Source: Candidatus Colivivens equi (GTDB lineage Bacteria > Bacteroidota > Bacteroidia > Bacteroidales > Bacteroidaceae). Taken from it: 44,407 nt of DNA. The notes beneath the pieces were generated by a model. That model was not told where the DNA came from and made no database searches. It saw nothing but the letters and a program-made list of their open reading frames with translations. The translations under genes were made by a program, and so were the position numbers. Where the stretch lies: the NCBI GenBank assembly GCA_018066015.1, contig JAGHSE010000299.1, positions 1-44,407 of the forward strand. Reading direction: 5' to 3'. Each line of letters begins with the position of its first letter. Position 1 is the first letter of the stretch. Shown here piece by piece: positions 18,224-27,687 of the stretch.

Positions 18224-19789
18224 ATGCACACTAACGAATCAAAGCAATTAGACCATGTCATTAAATGTACAGGATTATTTGGTGGTGTACAAGGACTGAA
18301 TCTGCTCATTAATATTGTACGTAACAGAATCACAGCATCACTATTGGGCCCTGTTGGAACTGGCATTATTAGTCTGCTAGCCAATTTTATTGAACTCGTC
18401 CATCACTCTACTGATTTTGGTATCTGTTTTTCTGCAATCAAACATGTAGCCGAACTATTTGAGTCAAACGACCAAGAACGTATCACTAAGTTTATTCGCA
18501 CTGTACGTATCTGGTGTCTTCTTGCAGGATTGCTAGGTATTACTGTGGCTTTGATTGCTGCTATTTTCATTAAATGGACAGACCCTGTCAATATCATTAT
18601 GGTTGCTCCCATTATTGGAATCAGCACTATAATTGCAGGTGAGCAAGCTATTCTAAAGGGCGCCAAACAACTAAAGCGCATTGCCGTAGTATCCGTATTC
18701 TCAACCATTGCCGCGCTAATTGTTACAATACCTATTTACTTTCTATTTTCATTCAAAGGAATAGCTATTGCACTTCTTCTCAATCACATTGCCATTCTCA
18801 TTATAACGACCTATCATTCCAACAAAGTGTCGCCCTATATTATATTCTCACACAATCACCTCACTCCACATTATCGCTCAAGTTGGTATGACACTATACG
18901 TGCTGGATATCCTATGATTACTCTTGGCATCGGCTATGTCATTGCAGGTGTGTTTGGCAAAGGTTCTGAATTTATCATACGTCATTTCATACTAGATCAG
19001 AGCACCTCAATTGCAGACGGAAATGCTGCAGTGGGACTTTACACTGCTGGATATAGTATAGTCATCACTTATGCATCATACGTTTTTACAGCATTAGAGG
19101 TAGACTTCTTTCCTCGACTCTCAGCTGCTTGCACATTTTGTATTAACAGCCCTACATCAGGGGGCGCTAATATCTACTCTCAACATGATTCTCCTAATAC
19201 TATTATAAATCAGCAAATTGAGATTTGTGCCTTACTTATGGCTCCACTTCTCTGCGCATTAGTTCTTTTTATGCCACACATGGTACATTTTCTTTATACC
19301 AACAACTATCATGCTGCTATTCCTATGGCTGTTTGTGCTTCTGTTTTCATGTTCTTAAAAGCTTTTTTTGGACCTTTAGAGTATCTTGCACTTGCCAAAG
19401 GCAATTCTAAGATGTATATGTTTGTGGAATTAGTTTACGACATACTTGTTGCCATTGCCATTCCTGTTGCATATAGTAGATTTGGACTTATCGGATGTGG
19501 AATTGCATTGTCCATATGTGGCATCATCAATCTCGTATTTGTATTCTCGCTTTATAGTAAGAGGTTCAACTTTAGATTCGACTTTCGTCTCATACACATC
19601 TATGTCATCCAGTTCATCTTACTTCTTATTGCAATTATTGTACTAATGTATGATATTAACTCAGCTCATAGACTTTTGAAATGGACTATATGTCCTATGT
19701 GTCTAATCATATCTAGTATCATATCCATTAACATTCTTTACAGAGAGACCACAATCATTCATCAAATAATTCACAAAATACGTCATTGA
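18224..19789 (+). CDS. Oligosaccharide/polysaccharide flippase (Wzx-like, MOP superfamily)
   Basis: About 14 predicted TM segments. The N-terminus GLFGGVQGLNLLINIVRNRITASLLGPVGTG is typical of polysaccharide-biosynthesis flippases. Confidence 0.7.
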   Translation: MHTNESKQLDHVIKCTGLFGGVQGLNLLINIVRNRITASLLGPVGTGIISLLANFIELVHHSTDFGICFSAIKHVAELFESNDQERITKFIRTVRIWCLLAGLLGITVALIAAIFIKWTDPVNIIMVAPIIGISTIIAGEQAILKGAKQLKRIAVVSVFSTIAALIVTIPIYFLFSFKGIAIALLLNHIAILIITTYHSNKVSPYIIFSHNHLTPHYRSSWYDTIRAGYPMITLGIGYVIAGVFGKGSEFIIRHFILDQSTSIADGNAAVGLYTAGYSIVITYASYVFTALEVDFFPRLSAACTFCINSPTSGGANIYSQHDSPNTIINQQIEICALLMAPLLCALVLFMPHMVHFLYTNNYHAAIPMAVCASVFMFLKAFFGPLEYLALAKGNSKMYMFVELVYDILVAIAIPVAYSRFGLIGCGIALSICGIINLVFVFSLYSKRFNFRFDFRLIHIYVIQFILLLIAIIVLMYDINSAHRLLKWTICPMCLIISSIISINILYRETTIIHQIIHKIRH

Positions 19790-19791
19790 TT

Positions 19792-20796
19792 ATGCTATCT
19801 GTTCTCGTTGCTGTATATAACTCAAGACCGTACCTTTGTCAGTGCCTAGATTCGCTTCTTGCCCAGACATTCAAAGACATTGAAATCATCTGCATTGACG
19901 ATGCCAGTACAGATGGCTCTTGGGATATTCTACAGCAATACCAAACTAAGGACAGACGTATCACACTACTTCGCAACGACACAAATCAAGGAGCATCATA
20001 CTCTCGCAACAAGGGCATTTCTGTATCAAAAGGTGAATATATCTGCTATCTTGACAGTGATGATTGGTTTGACAATGATTCATTAGAAAATGTGATGAAG
20101 GTATTCAATCAAGACCCTAATATTGATTGTGTGTTATTTAGATTATTAAAACATTTTCCTGATGGAACTATTACCGAACATACTAATCTTTTTCCACCAC
20201 ATGTCAACATCATTTCTGGAAAGGAGGCATGTCAATTAGCCATTGACTGGAGCATACATGGAGTCTTTGCTGCAAAGGCACATCTCTTTAAAGAATTTCC
20301 ATACGATACCTCTACGCATTATTATAGTGATGACAACACAACTCGTATTCTCTATTTACATGCCAAAGCCATATCATTGTCACATGGTAACTATAATTAT
20401 AGGCGCTATCCAGAGTCAGCAACAATGAAACTTTCTCTTCATACTTTTGACCATATCCTTGCTAATATAAACCTTAAGCAACAACTCATCTCAGAAGGTG
20501 CTACTAGGGATATGTTGATTATTCTTGAAGTTCATCGTCTATATAATCTGCTGGGGGCTTACAAAAAATATTTTTTCGGCAAATCGCATTTTACTGCTAA
20601 CGAAAGGGATATAATCAGAACCCGCATTTCAGAAGCACTACATAGTATTGACAGGAATCTTTTGCCCAAGAAAGTAAAAAATAAATTCGGATACTATCCT
20701 TTCAAATATTATACACTATTCCGCATTGAGATGAATCTATTTTGGACACTACGATCTATCATGCAAAGGATTAGAAGAGTAAGAACAGAGTCATAG
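19792..20796 (+). CDS. Family 2 glycosyltransferase
   Basis: LSVLVAVYNSRPYLCQCLDSLLAQTFKDIEIICIDDASTDGS plus a DSDD motif. The track start at 19786 is TTG; ATG is at 19792. Confidence 0.85.
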   Translation: MLSVLVAVYNSRPYLCQCLDSLLAQTFKDIEIICIDDASTDGSWDILQQYQTKDRRITLLRNDTNQGASYSRNKGISVSKGEYICYLDSDDWFDNDSLENVMKVFNQDPNIDCVLFRLLKHFPDGTITEHTNLFPPHVNIISGKEACQLAIDWSIHGVFAAKAHLFKEFPYDTSTHYYSDDNTTRILYLHAKAISLSHGNYNYRRYPESATMKLSLHTFDHILANINLKQQLISEGATRDMLIILEVHRLYNLLGAYKKYFFGKSHFTANERDIIRTRISEALHSIDRNLLPKKVKNKFGYYPFKYYTLFRIEMNLFWTLRSIMQRIRRVRTES

Positions 20797-20851
20797 TCTA
20801 TAATTAAAATTTCGTATATAATCATATTAATAATAACTCATATTTAAATTT

Positions 20852-21328
20852 ATGCTTACAAATAATTGGTTTGAATGTAAGGTAGCTACAGAGAAGTCTA
20901 TCGGTGAAGGAAAAATTAAGTTATTTAAAGAATCTTATCTTGTTGATGCATTGACATTTACTGATGCCGAAAATCGCATTATTGAAGAAGTTTCACCATT
21001 TTGCAGTGGAGAATTTAATGTAACTGACATCAAGAGAGCTAAATACTCAGAATTATTTATGTCAGATAATGAAAACGATGACAAATGGTATAAGGTAAAA
21101 GTCATGTTCATCACACTTGATGAAAAGACAGAAACTGAAAAAAAGACTGCAGTATTAATGCTTGTTCAAGCTGCAAATATCGAAGGTGCACTTCATCGAT
21201 TCAAGGAGGGCATGCAAGGTTCTATGAGCGACTACGAAGTATCTTTAATTCAAGAAACTAATCTTCTAGATGTATTTCCTTTCAAGGTCAACATTGATAA
21301 TGACACCCCAGAAACTAGCCAAGAATAA
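20852..21328 (+). CDS. DUF4494-like conserved Bacteroidota protein
   Basis: NWFECKV...ESYLVDALTFTDAENRIIEE matches my recollection of DUF4494. The family assignment is from memory only. Confidence 0.55.
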   Translation: MLTNNWFECKVATEKSIGEGKIKLFKESYLVDALTFTDAENRIIEEVSPFCSGEFNVTDIKRAKYSELFMSDNENDDKWYKVKVMFITLDEKTETEKKTAVLMLVQAANIEGALHRFKEGMQGSMSDYEVSLIQETNLLDVFPFKVNIDNDTPETSQE

Positions 21329-21329
21329 T

Positions 21330-21498
21330 GGGGTGTTCTATTAATTACATTTTAGTATCAAAATAGCAATAACGCCCATAGTTCGTTAATTATTTATTTT
21401 TGCGGGGAATTTTCAACGAACCGAATGCAGAGTCAAACTTGTTTGAACTATGCTGAGGTGAGGCAGAAAATGCGGGAACCGAATTAATAGAACACCCC
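21330..21498 (+). repeat. Perfect 17-bp inverted repeat pair (GGGGTGTTCTATTAATT / AATTAATAGAACACCCC) enclosing 135 nt; candidate structured ncRNA or MITE-like element
   Basis: Arms at 21330-21346 and 21482-21498. A nested 8-bp pairing (catagttc / gaactatg) lies inside. An intrinsic terminator follows immediately. Confidence 0.5.
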
Positions 21499-21510
21499 TT
21501 AATACTTTTT

Positions 21511-21547
21511 TCTGCCACTGACAGACAGGGTGGCAGAATTTTTTTTG
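21511..21547 (+). terminator. Rho-independent terminator
   Basis: tctgccac-(loop)-gtggcaga stem followed by a T8 run. Confidence 0.7.
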
Positions 21548-21555
21548 CGCTTTTT

Positions 21556-21563
21556 TAAATTTG
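21556..21563 (+). promoter_or_regulatory. Bacteroidota -7 box (TAAATTTG) upstream of dnaK
   Basis: TAnnTTTG match 85 nt upstream of ATG 21648. Confidence 0.4.
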
Positions 21564-21647
21564 GCACATAGTTTGTTACTATTGAAGGTAGAGAGTCATA
21601 TTCTGACTTAGAAAGATTAATTATAAACAAACTAAAAAATAAGTATT

Positions 21648-23561
21648 ATGGGAAAAATTATCGGTATTGATTTGGGTACAACAAACTCTTGTGTATCAGT
21701 TTTTGAAGGCAACGAACCTGTTGTTATAACTAATAGTGAAGGTAAACGCACAACTCCTTCTGTGATAGGTTTCATGGATGGTGGCGAGCGCAAGATTGGT
21801 GATCCGGCAAAACGTCAGGCTATTACTAACCCACAGCGTACTGTCTTTTCTATCAAACGCTTTATGGGTGAAAACTATGATCAAGTGCAGACCGAGACAT
21901 CTCGCGTTCCTTATAAAGTAGTTAGGGGAGACAACAATACTCCTCGTGTTGATATTGACGGACGTCTTCATACTCCTCAAGAAATATCAGCTATGGTACT
22001 TCAGAAAATGAAGAAAACTGCAGAGGATTACCTCGGACAAGAAGTCAAGGAGGCTGTCATCACTGTTCCTGCTTATTTCTCCGACTCACAACGTCAAGCA
22101 ACTAAGGAGGCAGGACAGATTGCAGGTCTTGATGTAAAGCGCATTGTCAATGAACCTACCGCAGCTGCTCTTGCATATGGTATTGACAAAGCTAACAAAG
22201 ATATGAAGATTGCAGTGTTTGACCTTGGTGGTGGAACTTTTGATATCTCAATTCTTGAATTTGGAGGAGGTGTGTTTGAAGTTCTCTCTACTAATGGAAA
22301 TACTCATCTTGGAGGTGACGATTTTGACCAGAAAATTATTGATTGGATGGTTCAGGATTTTAAAGACCAAGAAGGCATTGACCTCGCTCTTGATCCTATG
22401 GCTATGCAACGTCTAAAAGAGGCTGCAGAAAAAGCTAAAATTGAACTCTCAAGTACAAGTCAGACTGAAATAAATCTTCCTTACATTACTGTAGCATCAG
22501 GAATGCCTAAGCATCTTGTAAAAACTCTTACTCGTGCTAAATTTGAACAACTAACTCACGACCTTATTCAGGCATGTCTTGAACCATGCAAGAAAGCCAT
22601 TAGCGATGCTGGAATCAGTACATCTGAAATTGACGAAGTAATTCTCGTCGGTGGTTCAAGTCGTATTCCTGCTGTTCAGCAAGTAGTAGAACAATTCTTT
22701 GGAAAAGCTCCTTCTAAGGGGGTTAATCCTGATGAAGTTGTAGCAATCGGAGCTGCAATTCAAGGTGCTATTCTTAACAAAGAAGAAGGTGTAGGTGATA
22801 TCGTCCTACTTGATGTGACTCCTCTTTCTATGGGTATTGAAACTCTTGGAGGTGTAATGACAAAACTAATTGATGCCAATACTACAATTCCATGCAAAAA
22901 GAGCGAAACATTCTCTACTGCTGCTGATAACCAAACAGAAGTTACTATTCGAGTGCTTCAGGGTGAACGTCCAATGGCCAATCAGAACAAGCAAATTGGT
23001 ATTTTTAATCTCACAGGCATTGCTCCAGCACGTCGTGGTATTCCTCAGATTGAAGTGTCATTCGATATTGATGCAAACGGAATCCTTAAAGTAACTGCAA
23101 AAGACAAGGCTACGGGTAAGGAACAGGCAATTCGTATTGAAGCATCATCTGGACTTTCTGAAGAAGAAATCAATCGTATGAAGGCTGAGGCAGAAGCTAA
23201 TGCTGACGCAGATAAGAAAGAACGCGAACGTGTTGACAAGATGAACCAAGCTGATTCTATTATATTCTCAGCTGAAACTTTCCTTCAGGAAAATGGCGAC
23301 AAACTGCCTGCAGATCAAAAAGGTAATGTGGAGACGGCACTTGGCAAACTTAAAGATGCACACAAGAGTGGAGACTTGACTGCTATTGATGCTGCTATCA
23401 ATGAATTTAACTCTGTAATGCAAGCTGCAAGCCAGCAAATGTATCAAGGTGCACAACAACCAGGAGCAGATCAAGGCTTCCAAGGTAATCAGCAGTCTCA
23501 ATCAGACAATCAATCATCAACAGATGATGTCCAAGATGCAGATTTCGAGGAGGTAAAGTAG
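21648..23561 (+). CDS. dnaK: Molecular chaperone DnaK (Hsp70)
   Basis: [45 protein letters not shown] and a C-terminal EEVK-type tail. Confidence 0.98.
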   Translation: MGKIIGIDLGTTNSCVSVFEGNEPVVITNSEGKRTTPSVIGFMDGGERKIGDPAKRQAITNPQRTVFSIKRFMGENYDQVQTETSRVPYKVVRGDNNTPRVDIDGRLHTPQEISAMVLQKMKKTAEDYLGQEVKEAVITVPAYFSDSQRQATKEAGQIAGLDVKRIVNEPTAAALAYGIDKANKDMKIAVFDLGGGTFDISILEFGGGVFEVLSTNGNTHLGGDDFDQKIIDWMVQDFKDQEGIDLALDPMAMQRLKEAAEKAKIELSSTSQTEINLPYITVASGMPKHLVKTLTRAKFEQLTHDLIQACLEPCKKAISDAGISTSEIDEVILVGGSSRIPAVQQVVEQFFGKAPSKGVNPDEVVAIGAAIQGAILNKEEGVGDIVLLDVTPLSMGIETLGGVMTKLIDANTTIPCKKSETFSTAADNQTEVTIRVLQGERPMANQNKQIGIFNLTGIAPARRGIPQIEVSFDIDANGILKVTAKDKATGKEQAIRIEASSGLSEEEINRMKAEAEANADADKKERERVDKMNQADSIIFSAETFLQENGDKLPADQKGNVETALGKLKDAHKSGDLTAIDAAINEFNSVMQAASQQMYQGAQQPGADQGFQGNQQSQSDNQSSTDDVQDADFEEVK

Positions 23562-23593
23562 GTCAAGAAAACCAACAATAATTATCGGTAATC

Positions 23594-23635
23594 AAATCCG
23601 TGTAACTCAACGAGTTGCACGGATTTGCCATTTTA
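23594..23635 (+). terminator. dnaK intrinsic terminator (15-bp stem, 3-nt loop, T-run)
   Basis: aaatccgtgtaactc-aac-gagttgcacggattt, then gccatttt. Confidence 0.75.
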
Positions 23636-23828
23636 AGGGGTTTGGTCTTCGTTATCGATTTCTATCGTTTCCTATCTCATATATGTTCCTTATTTGTACC
23701 GCAACAAAAAAGTCGATAAAGTGCAACAAAAATATTTGAGTAATAACGTTGAATGGCTCTCAATACAATGTTAAAATACAGCCTTATTATTATATTTTTT
23801 GACCATGGAAATGCAGTTCATACATTAA

Positions 23829-23861
23829 AAAAGTGTCAATATTGACAGAAATTTAATGTAG
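23829..23861. repeat. Direct repeat copy A (33 nt) containing the perfect palindrome TGTCAATATTGACA (23834-23847)
   Basis: 30/33 identical to 24187-24219. A second shared module (caataYgagtaata ... atacgctcttaaa) follows both copies. Confidence 0.7.
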
Positions 23862-24186
23862 GAGAGATCTTATATCATGATGATACGAGCAATATATTGG
23901 GTATAATTCATGTTTTATAGACTTATAGCTCAGATTATATCAATATGAGTAATACAAATAATATGGGGAATACGCTCTTAAAAAGGTAAATGACCAAAAA
24001 GGTGTCGGAAACAACAGTAAAAGTACGGGCATATCAATAAAACGGGAATAGGCAAAAAGCATAAAAACATCGATTTAAGTGCGTATTTTGCGAGAAGGTA
24101 GCAAAAATCGAACTTAAAACATGGTTAGAACTCGATTTGAACATTTTCTCCTCGGTCAACAATAGAAAATAAAAGCATGGATTATA

Positions 24187-24219
24187 AAAGTGTCAACATT
24201 GGCAAAAATTTAATGTAGA
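24187..24219. repeat. Direct repeat copy B (33 nt), degenerate palindrome TGTCAACATTGGCA
   Basis: See copy A. It lies about 150 nt upstream of the XRE gene. Confidence 0.7.
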
Positions 24220-24333
24220 GTGATATTACTTGTCAATACGAGTAATATGAGTTATACGCTCTTAAATTTGCTTAAAACGCAAATAAAGATATAGAAAACC
24301 ATAAGAATATGTGATTATTTCAGAGAAAAGCTG

Positions 24334-24341
24334 TACCTTTG
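24334..24341 (+). promoter_or_regulatory. Bacteroidota -7 box (TACCTTTG) for the XRE/AlbA_2 operon
   Basis: TAnnTTTG match 29 nt upstream of ATG 24370. Confidence 0.5.
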
Positions 24342-24369
24342 CATCATAAACAACGATAGAAAGAAATAA

Positions 24370-24579
24370 ATGGCACAGGACATCAATCGGCTGAAGGTTG
24401 TTTTAGCCGAACAAAAGAGAACGAATAAGTGGCTGGCTGAGCAGTTGGGAAAAGACCCAGCTTCGGTGAGCAAGTGGTGCACCAATGCTTCACAACCCAG
24501 CATAGAGACTTTGGTAGAAATCGCCAGAAGCCTCAATGTGGATGTGAAGGATTTGCTTTGGTCAACAAAAGAGCGATAA
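24370..24579 (+). CDS. XRE-family helix-turn-helix transcriptional regulator
   Basis: RLKVVLAEQKRTNKWLAEQLGKDPASVSKWCTNASQPSIETLVEIARSLNVDVKDLL is a canonical HTH_3 layout. Confidence 0.9.
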   Translation: MAQDINRLKVVLAEQKRTNKWLAEQLGKDPASVSKWCTNASQPSIETLVEIARSLNVDVKDLLWSTKER

Positions 24580-24594
24580 ATAAACAACAGAATC

Positions 24595-26127
24595 ATGAGA
24601 CTACCAATCAACATAGAAGAACTTCTTAGCGGACGAGCTGTAGAAGGTGACCGCATAGAGTATAAGACAGGCTGGAACCCTGATGCTATATACCGCACCA
24701 TTTGCGCATTCGCCAATGATTTCGACGAAACTGGCGGTGGCTATATCGTGGTGGGAGTTCAAGAAGAGAATGGCCATGCAATAAGACCCGTTACAGGCAT
24801 TGACCCTAACCTGATAGAACCTATCGAGAAGGATATGGTGGGTTATAACAACCTGATGCGTCCGTACTATCAGCCCCGACTGTATATTGAAGAAGCAGAC
24901 GGAAAGACGATTCTTGTCATCAAGGTTTCTCCAGGTGAACGCAGGCCATACAAGGTGCCTGACCAAATAACGGCGAAACAGAAGACATTCAACTACTACA
25001 TCCGCTACAATAGTAGCAGTATCGTTCCGAGAGACGAATACGAGCGTGAATTGATAAACCTTGCAAATCGTATGCCCTTTGATGACCGTGGAAACGACGA
25101 CATCAAACTGACGGATATATCGCCATTGCTCCTACATGACTATCTTGTTAAGGTAAAGAGTAGTTTGGCTGACATCTCACTGACTGACCACATGGAGGAT
25201 GTGCTGGAGCAGATGGATCTATTGGAGGCTGTGCCGGAAGGATGGCGCATTAAGAATGTGGCAGCGATGATGTTCTCGGAACGCCCAGACCGCTTTTTCC
25301 ATCAAGCTCAGATTGAAATAGTTCTTTTCCCTGAAGGTAGAGAGAAGAATCCCAATAACCTGATTGAGGTAGAACCCATCAGGGGCAGTGTGCCACAGAT
25401 GATAGAGAAGACGTTAAGCTATCTGAACACCAACATCATCAAGAAACAGATTATTAAGCCCAAGGACAGGGCGCAATCCATATCATTCTTCAACTATCCC
25501 TATCAGGCTCTGGAAGAAGCTGTTGTCAATAGCTTGTATCATAGAGACTGGACGATTCGGGAACCTGTTGAAATCACCATAGAACCTGAACGCATATCCA
25601 TTCTCAGTTTCTCTGGCCCCAACCATACCATACCGATGGAAGCTGTCCATAAAGGTATATCGTTACGTTCACGTCGCTATCGTAACCGCAGGTTGGGAGA
25701 ATTCCTGAAAGAATTAGATCTAACAGAAGGCCGAGCTACTGGCATTCCTACTATTCAGGATGAACTAAAAGACAATGGATCCCCACAGGCAACCATTGAG
25801 ACGGATGAAGAACGTACTTACTTTCTGATTGACATTCCGTGCCACCCAGATTTCGTAAAAGAACAGTTCGTTCTGAACAAGGATGTCGGAAAAGATGTCG
25901 TAAGAGAATTGTCTGAGCGTCAGAAGATTATATTAGATTTCATTGCAGAGAATCCTGCTCTTACCGCCAAGGAAATGTCGGAAAAGATGTCGGAAAAGAT
26001 GTCGGAAAAGGACGGTGTCAATGAAAGGACAATCGAAAGGGATCTGGCAAAACTAAAGAAACTAGGTGTTCTCTCTCGTGAAGGCGGTCGTAAGGAAGGC
26101 AAATGGGTAATCATTAACAAAGAATAA
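24595..26127 (+). CDS. AlbA_2 (Schlafen-like) DNA/RNA-binding domain + HATPase_c_4-like domain + C-terminal wHTH protein
   Basis: The N-terminus EELLSGRAVEGDRIEYKTGWNPDAIYRTICAFANDFDETGGGYIVVGV is the AlbA_2 signature. The middle has EEAVVNSLYHRDW. The C-terminus has ERTIERDLAKLKKLGVLSREGGRKEGKWV (wHTH). It contains an MSEK x3 tandem repeat. Confidence 0.8.
   Translation: MRLPINIEELLSGRAVEGDRIEYKTGWNPDAIYRTICAFANDFDETGGGYIVVGVQEENGHAIRPVTGIDPNLIEPIEKDMVGYNNLMRPYYQPRLYIEEADGKTILVIKVSPGERRPYKVPDQITAKQKTFNYYIRYNSSSIVPRDEYERELINLANRMPFDDRGNDDIKLTDISPLLLHDYLVKVKSSLADISLTDHMEDVLEQMDLLEAVPEGWRIKNVAAMMFSERPDRFFHQAQIEIVLFPEGREKNPNNLIEVEPIRGSVPQMIEKTLSYLNTNIIKKQIIKPKDRAQSISFFNYPYQALEEAVVNSLYHRDWTIREPVEITIEPERISILSFSGPNHTIPMEAVHKGISLRSRRYRNRRLGEFLKELDLTEGRATGIPTIQDELKDNGSPQATIETDEERTYFLIDIPCHPDFVKEQFVLNKDVGKDVVRELSERQKIILDFIAENPALTAKEMSEKMSEKMSEKDGVNERTIERDLAKLKKLGVLSREGGRKEGKWVIINKE
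25975..26010 (+). repeat. Perfect 3 x 12-nt in-frame tandem repeat (ATGTCGGAAAAG = MSEK)
   Basis: Units at 25975-25986, 25987-25998 and 25999-26010. A further copy plus a degenerate copy lie at 25883-25906 and are read in a different frame (DVGKDVV). Confidence 0.9.
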
Positions 26128-26128
26128 T

Positions 26129-26926
26129 ATGCCAAAGTGGTTTCATATAACGATTTCCGTATTGCTTGCGTTATTGGCGATCGGATTTTCCATTCTGATA
26201 TGCGGTAAGCATCACTGGGGATATATCCCATGTGCCGCCATCGCAATTGTTCTGTTTGCTTGCTTCTATGGATTCCTTCGTTTATGCTTTTGGGCGGGAG
26301 CAAAGATAGCTTTTGTTTACGCAGATGCCTTTCAAAAGCATGTCCGTCCTCGTATAGAGGTGGAGGCGATACAGAAATACATCGCTGAGCATCCGGTTGA
26401 AAAGCCGGTTCAACAATCTCCCATTGAAGAAATGTCAGAGCATAACCAAATCCTCAATCAAGAGGAACGCCTACGCAGATTCATGGAGACTTGCAAAAGA
26501 GAACGTGAACAGTTCGTTGCTATAAAAGAAAAGGCAGATGAAGAAAAGTTAGCAAAGGTTCAGGCGTATGTGCGACAAACCTTGATGCCTTTCGATTTCA
26601 CGGACGAAGAACTGTTCCAAGTGAGCGAGTGTGTTGTTTCATTGGTCGTTCATGGTGTTGTTGTACCCACCCTTCCCATCAAGATTGAGAAGACTGGCAA
26701 GAAGGAACAACTCACTCAGCATGACTTGGCAAATCTCAGTTGGAACATTGCCAACCAGTACAACATACCAAACAAACTGGCGGCTCAGTTCGCACAGTAC
26801 ACCTTCCCTGCCTGGTTCTGGAACACCACAACAGATACCCTGGCAAAGAAACTGAAGAACAGGTCCAATGATCTCCACATCATGATAGATGAGAGAATAA
26901 TAGATTCTTCTTGTGATACTAAATAA
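26129..26926 (+). CDS. Hypothetical membrane protein (two N-terminal TM helices, coiled-coil-like middle)
   Basis: The start is 1 nt after the upstream stop. No recognisable domain. Confidence 0.55.
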   Translation: MPKWFHITISVLLALLAIGFSILICGKHHWGYIPCAAIAIVLFACFYGFLRLCFWAGAKIAFVYADAFQKHVRPRIEVEAIQKYIAEHPVEKPVQQSPIEEMSEHNQILNQEERLRRFMETCKREREQFVAIKEKADEEKLAKVQAYVRQTLMPFDFTDEELFQVSECVVSLVVHGVVVPTLPIKIEKTGKKEQLTQHDLANLSWNIANQYNIPNKLAAQFAQYTFPAWFWNTTTDTLAKKLKNRSNDLHIMIDERIIDSSCDTK

Positions 26927-26961
26927 ATAGGAGTCGATCATTATACGTAATTTGAATAATA

Positions 26962-27687
26962 ATGAGCAAAATTGTTCTAATCGTCGATTACAATAATATA
27001 TTCATAGCAGACAATTGCACTGCAAAAGAGATAGAATTGACCTTGAAAGATGTCGTTGAACAAGCTCTTCAAGTCTCAGATACAGTTAATGAAATTCTCA
27101 TTAGAATTTACGAGGGGTGGTATCAAGATGAAAAACTAACAGATAGGGGCTCTTCTATAATGTCTAAGTTTGCACAGATAGAACCATTCCCTAATGTATA
27201 CAAAGGGAAATCTATTGTTGGTAATATTGACTTTGTTGAACAAATTTATGGAATTGATTTTCCATGGAGAAATACATATAGAGAAAAACCTGGACCAAGA
27301 CTTATCATAAAAAAAGATGTTCATCGTCCACATTGTCCTAACAATAAGGACAAATGTCCAGTTGAATTATTAGCTAAATTTACGAAGAAGAAAGAAAAAG
27401 TATGCCATGTGGATGGGTGCAATGTGAATAACATGAGTGTTTTCTCTCAATATGGACAGAAGATGGTCGATACTATGGCATGCGACATATTAACGTATGG
27501 CGAAGAAGAAGATACTGCGGCTATTTATGTTTTAACAGACGATGTCGATTTGTTTCCATCAATAGCCCTTTGTAGTAGGAAAAATCCTAATGTAAAATTA
27601 TATATTGGAACAAAAAATAATAAACATGTCCAAGAATGTGATGTGTTAAATAATAATTTCGGAATTACAACATTTTTATTAGTATGA
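26962..27687 (+). CDS. NYN-domain (LabA-like/PIN-like) predicted nuclease with a Cys/His-rich insert
   Basis: IVLIVDYNNIF (N-terminal Asp strand) and QKMVDTMACDILTYGEEEDTAAIYVLTDDVDLFPSIA match the NYN pattern QKGVD...D...vSgDsDf.P. The insert is HRPHCPNNKDKCP...CHVDGC. The stop overlaps the next ATG (ATGA). Confidence 0.7.
   Translation: MSKIVLIVDYNNIFIADNCTAKEIELTLKDVVEQALQVSDTVNEILIRIYEGWYQDEKLTDRGSSIMSKFAQIEPFPNVYKGKSIVGNIDFVEQIYGIDFPWRNTYREKPGPRLIIKKDVHRPHCPNNKDKCPVELLAKFTKKKEKVCHVDGCNVNNMSVFSQYGQKMVDTMACDILTYGEEEDTAAIYVLTDDVDLFPSIALCSRKNPNVKLYIGTKNNKHVQECDVLNNNFGITTFLLV

Noticed and set aside
21548-21647. CIRCE/HrcA operator upstream of dnaK
   Set aside because: There is no TTAGCACTC-N9-GAGTGCTAA-like inverted repeat in the leader.
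23562-24369. A tRNA gene or integrase marking the island insertion site
   Set aside because: I could not find a tRNA-like cloverleaf or T-loop (GTTCGAATC-type) sequence, and there is no recombinase ORF. The integration mechanism cannot be assigned from this window.
24315-24716. 133-aa minus-strand ORF overlapping the XRE gene and the AlbA_2 start
   Set aside because: It is antisense to two genes with strong domain signatures and has no motif of its own. It is a typical shadow ORF in a GC-richer region.
25975-26010. Short tandem repeats as a possible CRISPR array
   Set aside because: The units are 12 nt, contiguous without spacers, and in frame inside a coding sequence. This is not a CRISPR.
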